From Ruditapes philippinarum (Eukaryota), in the NCBI RefSeq assembly GCF_026571515.1, contig NW_026855528.1:310001-374000 (forward strand): 64,000 nt of DNA. Reading direction: 5' to 3'. The notes under the pieces were generated by a model. It saw nothing but the letters and a program-made list of their open reading frames with translations. It was not told the DNA's origin and did not search any database. Both the position numbers and the translations under genes were made by a program. The stretch's first letter is position 1; each line of letters begins with the position of its first letter. Below are positions 25,811-38,393 of this stretch, piece after piece.

Positions 25811-26678
25811 ATAAAAGCATCAGGTCAAATAAATGTGAATTTATCAAACAATTAAGAAATATTTGATAGTATTGCTGATGTAGATAAAATGGACAGACAC
25901 AGTGAAGTGAAATACTAATGCTGTGCCGCTTAAACAAGTCATGAATTTCATCATTTCTGTACTATTGAATTATTGAAACCAGAAATGTTAAAGATATGTA
26001 TAATACTTTTGAAAGCATAACGAACAGTTGCAAAAATAAATGGTAAAGATGATATATTAAAAACAAATGAAAACTGTGCTAATTACCTTTAAAAAAACGT
26101 ATGAATTGTTTTGTGAATAAGCGGCATATACACACCCTTGTGCTGTTTTGGGAAGTTGTTTCTATGCACATGTTATTATGATTCTTTTTTTATTTCATGT
26201 TATAATTCATTATGTCGCATATATTCATAATCTGGTAAGAGTTTACTTGCGAATAGTACTTTCACCGTCTTCATCAATACACTTTCTGTTATTGATTTGT
26301 CACACATTATATTGTATTATCGTTTCTGCTTAACGATTCAAATCAGGGTGTTTAATTTATTCATTGATTATTGTAATTATTCATAAAATCATGACGATAG
26401 GTTATTTGCTATTAAGTAAGAGAACGCGTCTTGCCTTCCGCATGTGCATCACAAGGTGTATTTTATTACTTAAATACTTGATTGAATCAATTAGAGATTA
26501 AAGTTTTCAAATATATTGATCAGATGATTTCTTAATATCCAAATTTTATTTCAATTCTGTTTTTCAAAAATCACTCCGAAAATTGATTTATAATGTTATT
26601 TTTTAATTGGAGATATTATCATTATAGTTAGAATGTATACTTGTATTACATTTCAAAACATGTTGTCTAAGACGTTTA

Positions 26679-29600
26679 TCACCTAACGTTTGCTATGTGA
26701 TAACCAGGTTCATCCCCACTTTCACTACACTCACTTTGTCTTTTACCACCCCTTTCTATCGTATGGTAGGCTTCCAAAACTTCCTCCCTCTTCAATGTCC
26801 CTGGATTTAAATGATGATAATCGTTTACCCCTATGATAAGAGTAGCCTGACTTTTTTCTAAATTGTCATACATGCTATCCCTGGCTATCAACTTTTGTTT
26901 TTGAACTATCCCCTTGTTAGTATGCGCCGCAATCATATCATTATTACCAACATCTGTTTTATCTCTGTCTATTGTGAGGCAACTAGAGTAGTCGTAGTCA
27001 TCATCTAGTGTGGCTTGTATACGATGTTTATTGTCAGCTTCACAAGAGGGAATTTCATAATAGCTTGCCCGATTGTCGGCATCAAATTTATCTATGTAAT
27101 TATATTCATGTTCAGTCTGAGGTCTGTTTGAATGAATTGCAACTCCGTGATCCCCTGACATATAAATAGATTTCTCATAAAGTCTGCCTTTGCTACCGTT
27201 TTGTGCACGGGGTTGTGTTGTATCCTGAATCCATCTCCTGTTATGTATAGAGAGAAAAATGTTTGAATGATATTTTTGTTTAAATAAAATATAGGAATAT
27301 ATGAAAGATTGTTTCGTATAATTGTTATGCATAAATCGTTATGCCTTAATTACATGCTTTAATTTCTTTTCCAGACCAAAAGGCTGATAAATAGCACATA
27401 TACACGTATATCATGAATGTCTATCATGAAATGAAATTGATTAATACCCTGGTCGAAATTTGACATTTAATCTTTCTAAACAATAGTTTACATGTTGGAT
27501 TCATTTCAGTTCAGATAAAATTTCAAACAGACGTAAAAATCTAAACAGTAACAGCTTTGCTTTATTTAATTTTAACTTACTTTTTGAGGCAAACAATAAC
27601 ACATACCACAATAACCAAACAAACAAGACCACATATTGAACCAACTAATGGGTCTGAAAAGAAATGTTTTAAGATGTGTACTAGCATAACATTTTGGTAT
27701 CTGTAACTAGTATGATGTCGAAAGCTTGTACATTTACTTTTACTGATACAATGAATAGAAGTTGACTCAAGCATATTCGATATTTGAAATTGCTTATAAA
27801 GTTAATACAATGACATTATAGAAGCTTACATATAAATATATCATTCAAATACTTATTGTACTCTAAGTCGTAACAAAAGAAAGAATTCGCATCTGATGAA
27901 AAACATACAGATAAATGATTTTCTTGAAGAGTCCGTTTGTCCTGTCGTTGAAACTGTTGAGTTGCCATATGTTGTTGAAGATTTAGGCGAAGAGAATGCG
28001 CTAGTTTCTATGGAGTCAGATGTTGTGGATATTCCTGATGTGAAAGTGCTAATCTTTGTTGATGTAAATAGTATGTTTCTCATACAACTTATGCTAAACG
28101 ACGATGCTAAAGAACAAAAAATGGAATAAAATAGTATTGTCTTATTCATTTGTCAAAATATACAATTATAAACTTGCTTAAAAAGCTGGCATTCTTCACG
28201 TATCTCACTGATTTACGCAAACATTAATAACTTGATTATAGTACTTTATTGATTGTTTTCTGCTACAAGTACTAGAAAACAATCTTCATTGAAATCATTG
28301 GAATAATTTGGAACTGTCCGAACTGTTATTTGTGTAACGACGCTGGCAGAACGTCATAAAACTCATAATGAGCCTTGCAATATGCAAAATCTAAAGGTGG
28401 TGAATTAAAATATCGGAAAGTATCCCATATATAAGGGCATAAACCACTCTCTGTTGTCAGCTTGCTTTCCACCGACAGGATTTGTGTGACTTAAAACGTT
28501 ACACCTGCAAACCTAACAACCCCAGGTATGCCTAGACCCTACCTAACCGTATGATTTAAATCCATCGTATTCAGTTCTATATAAAGATGTTTAAGTAGCA
28601 TATATAATTCTTAACATTAAAAACCAGACTTAATATTGTCACAGTAAATGCACAATTAGCGTCATTTAGTCATAGTCTATTAATGGGCTGTGGTGTTCAC
28701 TATTTCGTCATCAGATTGATAATAAGTTAGCATTTATTTATACATGAGGACGAGTATTGGTGCCTGTAAGATTTGGCTAGTGTACCAGAAAATCTGTTTT
28801 TGGGTATCTGTGTCGGCGTGAAACATATCCTTACTTTTTATAAACGATGCTATACTCGTAATGCAATAAAACTACACATAGATAACATTTTTGAAACTAT
28901 TACAATAGTATATTTAATTCTTAGGCACCTTAAATTTATTTCAATTTTTCATGGTATTAAGAAATTTATAACAAAATATTTGTTTGTTTTTTTTTCAAAT
29001 TTATTATCTGATTATTTGAAATTAATTGTCAGAGAAAATAGATTTCATGCATTTCTTCTTTACATTTAAAAGAAGTATCCGTTACTATACCTGAATCGCT
29101 ATCGCTGCAGTATCTGCCTACGACACATATATCTGCAATATGATAAGATCTACTGTATTTAAACTTGCAAAAAGTTGAGAAATCGGATTGAATTTCAATG
29201 TTCACAGAAAAAGAACTTTCGTTTGTTTGCAAAGACCTTATCCTTTCTGAATCATTTTCAAGCCAAGTATATACCTGCTTGTCTGTTATAAGGACACATA
29301 GGAAAAGTATGTCCCTTTTGAACCATTAAAACAGAAAAAAGCTATGTATTCGAAATTCAAAAGACTGAAAACATCTTCTGTCAAATTTGGCATTGGCATT
29401 TTTGTTCTGCAAATTTCCTAAATTACCTCATAAAACCTAAGGCAAATCCTTTTAAAATATACTGGTTTTATGACACTTTGAATGCATAGGGAAATATGTT
29501 ATATAAATAGACTAATAGACTATATATGACTTTCCAAAAGACATTTGCTGACATATGGATTTCTAATCATTTATCATTTTACGTAAAATTTAAGGCTTAT

Positions 29601-29774
29601 AGTCGTTCTTAAACAATCTAGATTTTAAATGTATTAAGTTTTTAATCATTCCGAACATAAGGTAAGAAAATAATATGGTTGTTTTGATATTTTTTAAAAA
29701 CAGCAAATACGTAGTTACTTACCGAGATGTATTAATCCAAGTAAGGAACATACCATGATGATTGTGTTTGCCAT
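26679..29774 (-). CDS. Receptor R4: inverted, divergent paralog (about 357 aa if the decayed exon is skipped; may be a pseudogene)
   Basis: complement join(29723..29774, 29091..29282, 27909..28106, 27581..27653, 26679..27237) = 1074 nt in frame. Signal MANTIIMVCSLLGLIHL; FSISC followed by a Ser/Thr stalk; TM PLVGSICGLVCLVIVVCVIVCL followed by KKR; tail SMYDNL, NDYHHL, AYHTI. The last three exons are secure; the 5' ectodomain exon is less certain. Confidence 0.65.
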
Positions 29775-30421
29775 AGATATAATTTTAATGATATATCCTC
29801 AAACAAACATGCAATTGCTTGAGTTTATGTGCATATTAGAAGTACGGATAGATATATTTAAACCCGTATGATTGATATTAGTAATTATATATTTCCGGTT
29901 TTACTTACTATAATTTATATCGGAAACAAACTTTGATAAATGATAAATATTAGATGTGAACATACTATACATGTCGTACATTCGTGCTAATATGTCATCT
30001 CTCTATTGAATACCAAGAATTGCTGTGTTGTTGCTGTTGTTGTTTTTCTAATTGTTATAATGATAGTTAGTCAGTGAGTCCCTTCTAACTTGATTTGAAT
30101 TTATTAATTTTTATCTAGTAGTTACTTGTTGGGCACATTTACGCCTTCGGTTTATCATATCAGAGCCTATTCGCATAATCGTGATATAGATAGTTGTGCA
30201 TGCCTTAAAGCGGTCTTAATTTTTTCTAAAGGTGTAGATAAATCAATTGATGTAATTGTCAAATCAAATCGAGTCAAATCGAAATAATTCTGGTGAAAAA
30301 TGAATAAAAAGAATTCATGTGAAAAATAAAATGTGTCGTCGATTAAATACATAACAGTAAGAAAATGTCTCGATACCTCTAATCAACCGGTCCCCACTCT
30401 ATATGTAAATAAGCAAAGCAG

Positions 30422-32766
30422 TGTAGGAGCACATTTGTCTCGGAGCACATTTGTCTCACGAAGTGTGACCGATGCGTTTGTAAACATTCATATTTGCGGC
30501 AAATTGGAAATGAGACAGATGTGTTCGACACACAATAGAAAGGACACTCGAAGCACATTTGTCTCACATTTTTCCATAAAATTCTTAAAAGGTAATAATT
30601 ATGCCCGTCCGTTTACCGGCAACCAGCCATTGTTCAGTGTTTTCTGTATTTATTAAACCGTTTTTAGGTCACTTCCGGTCAGTTAAAAACTTCCTGCCTC
30701 TGCATAGGAGTCATATATTAAATTAAAGAATATCCCTGTTCTGCATGTCACAATGAAAATTTCTACAAGTGCAGCATCCAGAACCTAAACACATATGCAG
30801 CAAGTCTATTGTTATCATACGTTTATTTTCAATGCTTAAAGTTTTAAAATGATTTATGGCACTAGAAATATTCTTAGCAAAAACAAGGTAGTATCTACGG
30901 TGGCATAAAGGGGACATACAATTTTCTTATTTATTACGTGCGCACACGATAGCTTTTACGTGGCCACGCGATACTATTACGTGCGCACGCGATAGCTATG
31001 ACGTGCGCATGCGGATATGTATTCCGCATTTGGACACTGACCGGGATCCTCGCAAAGTTCGATGAATAGTTAGATGCCCCGTGTATATGTCGAACCTACA
31101 GCGGTTAGGGACAAGTGTTTTTTTTTTAATCAATCGGCCACGGAGGCCCTTAAATGATCTATGGAAGAAAATAAGAAGACCATTACACACGTATTTTGTT
31201 TTCATCAGAAATATATGTATGTAAAAATCGCCATTTTCCAAGAATTGCGGCTTTCAGATCCGCCATTGAAAAAGCACTTACAACATGTATGAGTTCCTAA
31301 AAAAATCCGGGTAATGCCATAATTATGGAATATCGGACGACTCAGAATCGTGCGAGACGCGACATTCCGATGAGACACGAAGCGAGGCACGATCTTGTAA
31401 CACGAGATCTCGCAATGTCGAATTATCCCGTACCACGAGATTTCAGAAATGAATAAATTTTTACTTCTAGAGCAAGTATTAATTTATTAATATTCAAATA
31501 ATGATTTCTGAGGAGTTTAGATGCTTGTAATCTAAAGAAATTCGCGATAAATGTGAAATAATGCGTCATAAAAATGTAGTATTTTGACTTCAATACAAAA
31601 TTCTAAATCACTTCAACTGTACAAACTGCAAAAAAGCAGCAGATGAAAAATGCTTTAGGTAATTAGCCAATGAGTAATTTTTTTGGAGCTATAAAAGTAT
31701 ACCAAAAATACAAAGCTTTTAAGGTATACAAATAAAAGCATTTCTCAGGCATAATGTGCCTTTAAGTGATTTTATATAGACTATAAAGGGAATACTACTT
31801 AGCGGCATATGACCTGGAATCAATTTCTTGTCTCGCGTCGACTATCTAGATGCGAAGCGAGATGCGAGATTTCGGCAAGATGCGAAACGAGTCACGATAT
31901 TGTATCATTCAATATCAACCGATTACGGTATTCCGTTTGGACATAAGTAACATTTTGACTCCCTGAACAGCTATGCGCAATGGCACAAAGGTGAAATTGA
32001 GATGGTACGATGATTAAAACACGATGACACGATGGTGAAATCACGATGATGCGATGACACGATAGAGAAAATAATATCGCGTTTTCATCATCATGTCATC
32101 GCAGTTTCATCATATCGTACCATCGTATTTTCGCTATCGTTACATCGTCTTTCACCATAGTATCATCACGTTTTCATCATCGAACCTTCGTTGTTTCACC
32201 ATCGTACAATCGTTGTTTCACCATCGTACAGTCGTTGTTTCACGTTCGTACCATTATGTTTTCACCATCGCACTATCGCGTTTTCATCAACGTAACATCG
32301 TGCCACCGCGCTGTCACCATTGTACCATCGTGAACGGGATTTAGTTTGTTTCAATGTACGCCTTCAGGTTAAGCCAATCAATAACTTGAATTAGAAATAT
32401 TATGATTAATAGTTCACTTTAGGTTTTTATAAAGAAAGCATAAGCGGTTTAAACCTATTAATGATTACACTTGACATGAGGTCAAACGGCGAACCTCGAT
32501 TCTAAAAAAGAATTTCTGCCGTGGGAATAATGTGACAAATAATTCATAAAAAAATGACATGAGACAAATGTGCTTTCTTGTTCCTTAAAAACACATGAGA
32601 CAAATGTGCTTTCTTGTCCCTTAAAAAACTTGATCGGAGCACATTTGTCACACAAATGAGTTTTTTGGGGTAGACATTTGAGGTCCCATTTGTCTCATGT
32701 GGGACAAATGCGACCGCATTGGTCTTACGTAAGACAAATGTGCTCCGAGACAAATGTGCTCCTACA
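30422..32766. mobile_element. 2.3-kb non-autonomous TIR element (TGT..ACA ends, 6-bp TSD AAGCAG) carrying nested repeat fragments
   Basis: TIR TGTAGGAGCACATTTGTCTCGGAGCACATTTGTCT and its reverse complement at the right end; AAGCAG on both flanks; internal TACGGTGGCA-type ends near 30896 and 31975; ACGATGGTGAAA-type repeats at 32000-32335. Confidence 0.85.
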
Positions 32767-34789
32767 AAGCAGACGATTCGTTTCCTAGAAGCAAACGTCA
32801 CTGAATATCTATCTATAAAAAAACTCAAGATATGATAAAGTTACTGAAATACTTAGTTTGAAACAAAATATAACTGTCTGTTTTTTTTCCAACAAAATAA
32901 ATGAATAAATAAAAAGTAAAATTAAAAGCTGTAGGCCACTTTCATCCTGTAGCGTATGTGCGTTCACATTACCGGGCACTGTACGTGTAGTGGTGTAGTG
33001 AATAATTAAATGATCAGTGTGAATCTTCGTTCTACTTTTAATTGGCTAAAAAAGGCTTATTTTGAATTCATTCACTGTACATGTATTGTTTATTCTATGC
33101 GGACTTAATACACTCGTGTAAAGAATTAATTGGTGTTACTAGTGTTATTTATTTCAATGGGTATTCGTATTGTCGAAATAAGATATAGCTTTTTAATCGA
33201 GAGCAACTAAAGCAAAAAAGTAAAAATAAAAACCGCATTTGCGATATAGCTAAAAATGCAGTACTGAATACCAATAATGGTAGTTTTTGAATTTTGAAGT
33301 TTGAATTAATAATACAAGAACTGAATTTTTATATATATTCAGAAATTGTACCAATCTTAAGAGAATATTGCATTGAAATTTTCATGCAAAATTGGAAATG
33401 GTAGCAGTACAAAAGTGGAATGATACAAAGAAATCAACTTAAAACATGCCGTAAAATTATCAACCCCTCGTTGTATTTGATAGTTCATAATATACTAGTT
33501 CTTTTTGCAAACGTATAACAAAGAAGCCATGAATGTTCTCCCTTGCCGTACAACTAATTGCTTTGTACCCGATTGCACTCTAAGAATGATGTAAAGTAAT
33601 TGGAAAGAACTGGGATAAAGTAAAGTAAGGGGACGTAACTACAGACTACTTGGACAACCACTTCTTTCATGTGTCCTTGTGTATCTGAGCTTGACAATTT
33701 CCCGTTAATTCCTTATAAAACTTTACTTTAGTGTTATTGTACGTAAACGCTTTTATAAATGGCGGTTTTAATAAGAAACTTTGACTGGTCGTATGTTTCG
33801 TCGGTTTACTGTTGTTACTGCAATGTTTGTTTCGGTTCTTGTTGGCTCCATTCTTCTTGGTTCGCAAAAAGACATCAAAGGACAGAGACATAGTATATAA
33901 TATGTAGAAAGACAACATGTCTAAACAAAATGTAAGGATGGTTTATTAGATTTTAGTTATGAAACAAACAAGCAAAAAAAAAACAAACAGACAAAACCTG
34001 TAAAAATATGGTAAGAAAGGCGAAGAGAATTTATTATGTTTTCGTTCTACATTTTAGTACAAACGCAATAAATGTTATTGCACCTTTTGTTTGCGTTTTA
34101 CGCGAAGAAGATGAATAATGATAATAAAAATAACTCTTTCATAACCATGAATCTACAACATAAAAGGCCAAGGTCAGTATGCATATCTTTAATTAATAAA
34201 ATAATACTAAAACGAAGGACAGACAAGTTTTTTTTTCAGACGCCACACGACAAGTTACACCTGTAAAGTCTGACCAATATGTAAACCATTTATTGTTTTA
34301 ATATTGAAATCATTGAAAAATAATGGAGTGGTTCAAAGTTCAAAGCACAGTGATTCTGTTATACAAATTCAGAAAGGTTTGTGTTAAGCCCAATGTGGCC
34401 TATAAATGGTTGAACCTGTCAGTTCTTATACCAGCAGACGACTTTTCTCAAAACAGTATGGATTCAGATTTATACTGTTGGGTGATACATGATATGGGAG
34501 ATTGTGTCGGCGTGGCCGAGTGGTTAACGCGTCGGACTGTCACGGCTTAGTACTGGTTGGTTCCAGGAACGGATTCGAGAGTGTTTCAAAACAATCTTAC
34601 TAAAATAAATTAGTACATTGTATTAAGTATTATGTTTGTTCTCTATATAGACTAGATTTGTTATATCGATGATATGATATCTGTATAAAAAAGTATGAGA
34701 TATAGATGATATCACGATCCTTATATTCAAAATGAAAACGGATTATTGTTTGCTTTCACTTCATAACAGAAGTCTAAGTCTTTAGTGAA

Positions 34790-36021
34790 TTAGGGTCTCT
34801 CTGCCTTTGGTTTATTCCGAATAATGTAACACCTGTAAGCGATAATAATTATCGCTGCTAGCGTTATCCCCAGGGCTATACCACCACCGAACGAACCACC
34901 ATCGAAGCCGTGTTTAGGTTTTGGAGTAGGTTGATTGGGAGCTGATGTTGATTTTGTCGTTTGGGTGCTTGTCATAGTTGGCATACTTCCTGTGACAGTA
35001 ACGGCCGATGTAGCTTCTACAATCAAAATACAGTTGTTTTTTATTCAAGATCACAAGTCCTGATAATCACACGTACTATATGTTGAAGTCATTATAAAAT
35101 AAATCATTTAGGAATACAAAAAAACAAAATGATGATTTATCTTGTTATCTGAAATCTTAACCATTGCAATGTCAATTTACTATTTTTATTAAGGACTTAA
35201 AGATATGGCCAATATTCACATAGACTTCAACATAACGTTTTACCAATATATATGTCATTACGGGTATTTGTCTCTTTTCTTTTATTATGAATGGATTCTG
35301 ATTATACTAGTATCTCAATAAGAAATGAGAAATATCAATTATTTTTCAAGAAAATGACATGTTAAGCAATTTGAAGAGGGATGTATTCCATATTAACTTA
35401 AAACATTTTTTCCTTCATATTCAAAAGGCCTTACTTTTCTGCATGCAAACAAGACAGACATTTTCAAACAATGGGATCAAATGACGGGAGCGGTGGACTA
35501 GTGGTGGTTAACTTAAGGTGTCTGCTTCTCAACCCAGGAATCATGGGTTTGAGCCCTAATTGGGTCACGACCATGTTTCTTCATACGACACCAGTACTAA
35601 GCTGACTCGAAAGTGATTAATATAAGTTGCAAGAACTTGTTTCGTAATGGAGCTTGAATAAATACGTTTAAACCAAGCTAGATGATATCAAATTACATGT
35701 CAGCATGAAAATATTTATTCTTTTCGTATGCAACTTTGTTATCTTTTATATGTAAAGAATGGGAACCAAACATCCACAATATCATCAATTAAAAGGACAT
35801 TGGTGTTATTACAGGGGCTTGGTCGGAGACGGGCTACAGAGTCTAAAGTGTTGGGGATTATAAAATTCACGAGATATTAAATATGTATTTACCTGTGGTT
35901 TCCATTGTTACCATGGTGACATTAGAAGTAGTCATGGTGTTTGTAGTCATGGTGTTGGTAGTCATGGTATGGTCAGTAATCATAGTTATCGGTGAAGTTA
36001 CGGTCATAGTTGTGTTGGTCA
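34790..36021 (-). CDS. CD164/TMEM123-like sialomucin cassette A (mucin exon plus mucin-TM-tail exon; no private signal-peptide exon found)
   Basis: Exons 35893..36021 (TNTTMTVTSPITMITDHTMTTNTMTTNTMTT.., phase 1-1) and 34790..35016 (..KHGFDGGSFGGGIALGITLAAIIIIAYRCYIIRNKPKAERP*). FDxxSFxGGI before the TM is the CD164/porimin (MGC-24) family signature. Confidence 0.8.
35486..35650 (+). mobile_element. tRNA-derived SINE head (degenerate); related fragment at about 34510-34590
   Basis: A-box-like GGTGGACTAGTGG and B-box-like GGGTTTGAGCCC, followed by GGGTCACGACCATG..GACACCAGTACT. Confidence 0.55.
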
Positions 36022-36170
36022 CTAGGAAATTAAAATAACATAAGAACTACTTTCTCGTGAAAAACAAATTTTCAAACCTACTTAAACTGTAATAAAACAA
36101 AACGTCCATTTAATTGTTATTATTCGGATAAAGCTTTTTTGGCGACACACAAAAGTGGATATCAAATACG

Positions 36171-36558
36171 CAGGTGGCAGTATCGTATCAGTATCAGAAA
36201 AAAAATCGATAGAATATTGATATTCGTTGGACTTGAATTAGGTAAGATGTGGAATTCTAGTTCTTTTTATTGATCTTAATGAATGATGCAGCGAAATCCT
36301 GCTGCAAAGCGCCTCAGTTGCCGAAACGACGATTTCCCGTGTTCCACATTGTTTGGCAAATGAACATATAGTAGGCTTTCCACCTTTCTATAACTATAAT
36401 TTTGATAGTGGATTTTTTTTCATATATAATTTTATCAGTGGTTTTGTATTTGGTATCTTATAGTAAGCCTTAGAGTGTTGAATTATTTTTTTCAGGGTTG
36501 TAGCAGGGGTCCAGGGGCAGGGTGCGGTGGGGTGTCCAAACACTGATACTGCCACCTG
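36171..36558. mobile_element. Possible MITE of about 390 bp
   Basis: 14-bp perfect inverted repeat CAGGTGGCAGTATC / GATACTGCCACCTG; no TSD resolved. Confidence 0.45.
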
Positions 36559-37439
36559 TGATCAAATATATACGAATATGAATGCACGTGCTGCGGTATA
36601 AGTATTGTGAAAATCAACGAAATCTTGTAACTACGGTGTCCCGTTTGGGTCATCACAGTGTATGTGAATAGACAATGAAATTACAGTTGAAACTGCCTAA
36701 TTATGCGACACTTAATCGTGAAATGAAATACATATATAGGGTGTTTAAAGCAAAGTTTTTCCCAAATGTCACTTTTTCATGAATAATACTTTTTTACATA
36801 TTTCCAAATTCTCTAGCATTGCAATTATGAAACTGTAATGAATTTATGAAATTCCGGTGTTTAATCTAGAAAATGGCGTATACTTTGCAAAACATCTAAA
36901 AGACAACAAAATCATGGTAGAACGATTTTTTCAAACTATCGTTTAAACATGATTTGTAATAGATATATGTGAAACTTAATCTGTCAACATTAACAATTCA
37001 TATATATACTGTTTTTTATTCTATTTATTTGGTTTAACTTTTATTGATCTATGAAGAATATTGTATGGCGGTCCGATGAGGTTGTTAACTGGTGCAAGAA
37101 ATAGTATAAGGAAGAAAATCAGAACAGTCTTTTTTTGTTACCTGTTATAGTTTCAAAAATTAAAAGTTACTTATTGGCCAATTACCTAGACCATCTTTTG
37201 TTTCTTTTGCTTTTATTTTGCAATTAGCACCTATTAAGTTATCTATTAATTTTTATTGGACGTCAAATTATTACTTTGTTTACATTTTGCTACTATAAAG
37301 ACAGATAATTTCAAATTCAGCGCTACTTTCTGTTGATGATATGTATCATTAATTCACTAAAAACATTAAAAAAACATTATGAAACTAATGATTGCCGTTT
37401 TTTTAGAAGGAAATTTGTCTTTTTTTAGACATAAAAAAT

Positions 37440-37760
37440 AGGATAAAAAAGGGATAAAAAGTGCGATCCCTCGAAAGCATTAATCACAACAAAATTGCAT
37501 GAAATTGCAGACTCGGTTTGACTAAGTCTGTGCATGAGCGATAATGAACATGTGCAACATCCCTCACGCCTTCTAGCACCGGCTTAAGCGGTATTTAATT
37601 TTCAACACTTAAAGGTGATGGAATCAATTATCCCGAAGGACAAAAAAAAAGAATGAACACTGAAATGAAGTACGGGGCAAATTTTACAGCTGCCACACGG
37701 CATTTGACACCTGCTGTTGTGAAGAGTCTTTAAACTAGTCTAAAAGAAGACACTCTGTTT
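37440..37760 (+). repeat. Dispersed repeat family; other fragments at about 6075-6135(-), 21160-21480(-), 24205-24470(+), 32840-32910(+), 41910-42060(+)
   Basis: Shared motifs GATCCCTCGGAAGCATTAATCACAACAAAAT, TTGCAGACTCGGTTTG and AGCACCGGCTTAAGC; the 32840 fragment links to the family only through the 24205 copy. Confidence 0.7.
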
Positions 37761-38393
37761 TTTTCTTGCATTTTCAATACAAAAATTAGATTACACTGCG
37801 TGGAGGACATGTGCAATATTTTCATGAAATACGAAGGAACGAGTAAAACGTAACAGTTTGTGTTCAAGAGTAATGACGTCATAAATTTAGATTGGTAATA
37901 TCAAAATAAAAATTGTATAAACCTAGAGATTTCTATATATTTTTACAACGATGTAAGCAAATACATAAATTGTGCATATTGTGTACTACGGAAAATAAAC
38001 GTTCAATTTCTAAAATAGTTCCACAACAGCAATCATATATTTTTAAATTTATATTTGAAATTGTTAGATACAATTCGTCGTTATCTTTTAATAATTTATT
38101 GCCAAAAACGTCATAAAATGTGCATGTTGCATTTACGTGTATGCAACAATTAAGCATAACAAATAATATTTCAATTGTCATCATCATATCAAATAAATAT
38201 AACATCGAATTAAACACACAACTTTCAATAAAATACGTTTATACAAACAAAAACGAACGTTTAAACATTAGTTCTGTAACACAGTCATTGGTTACACGAT
38301 ATCGCATGTTTGACGTGTGTTTTCTGCATTCATACATCATTTGTCCATGAAAGTCACGATAGGCCATGTTTACAGTCACCACAATTAAAGCTA

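Noticed and set aside
27896-28129. Acidic 77-aa ORF on + strand (and similar + ORFs at 38452 and 39699)
   Set aside because: Antisense shadows of Ser/Thr-rich exons on the minus strand.
34505-35600. tRNA-like sequences at about 34510 and 35490
   Set aside because: Only A/B-box-like parts with no complete cloverleaf; they continue into SINE body sequence.
36082-36109. Possible private first exon for sialomucin cassette A (MDVLFYYSL, phase-1 GTAGGT donor)
   Set aside because: Too short and polar for a signal peptide and implies an intron of only about 60 nt; not excluded, but unsupported.
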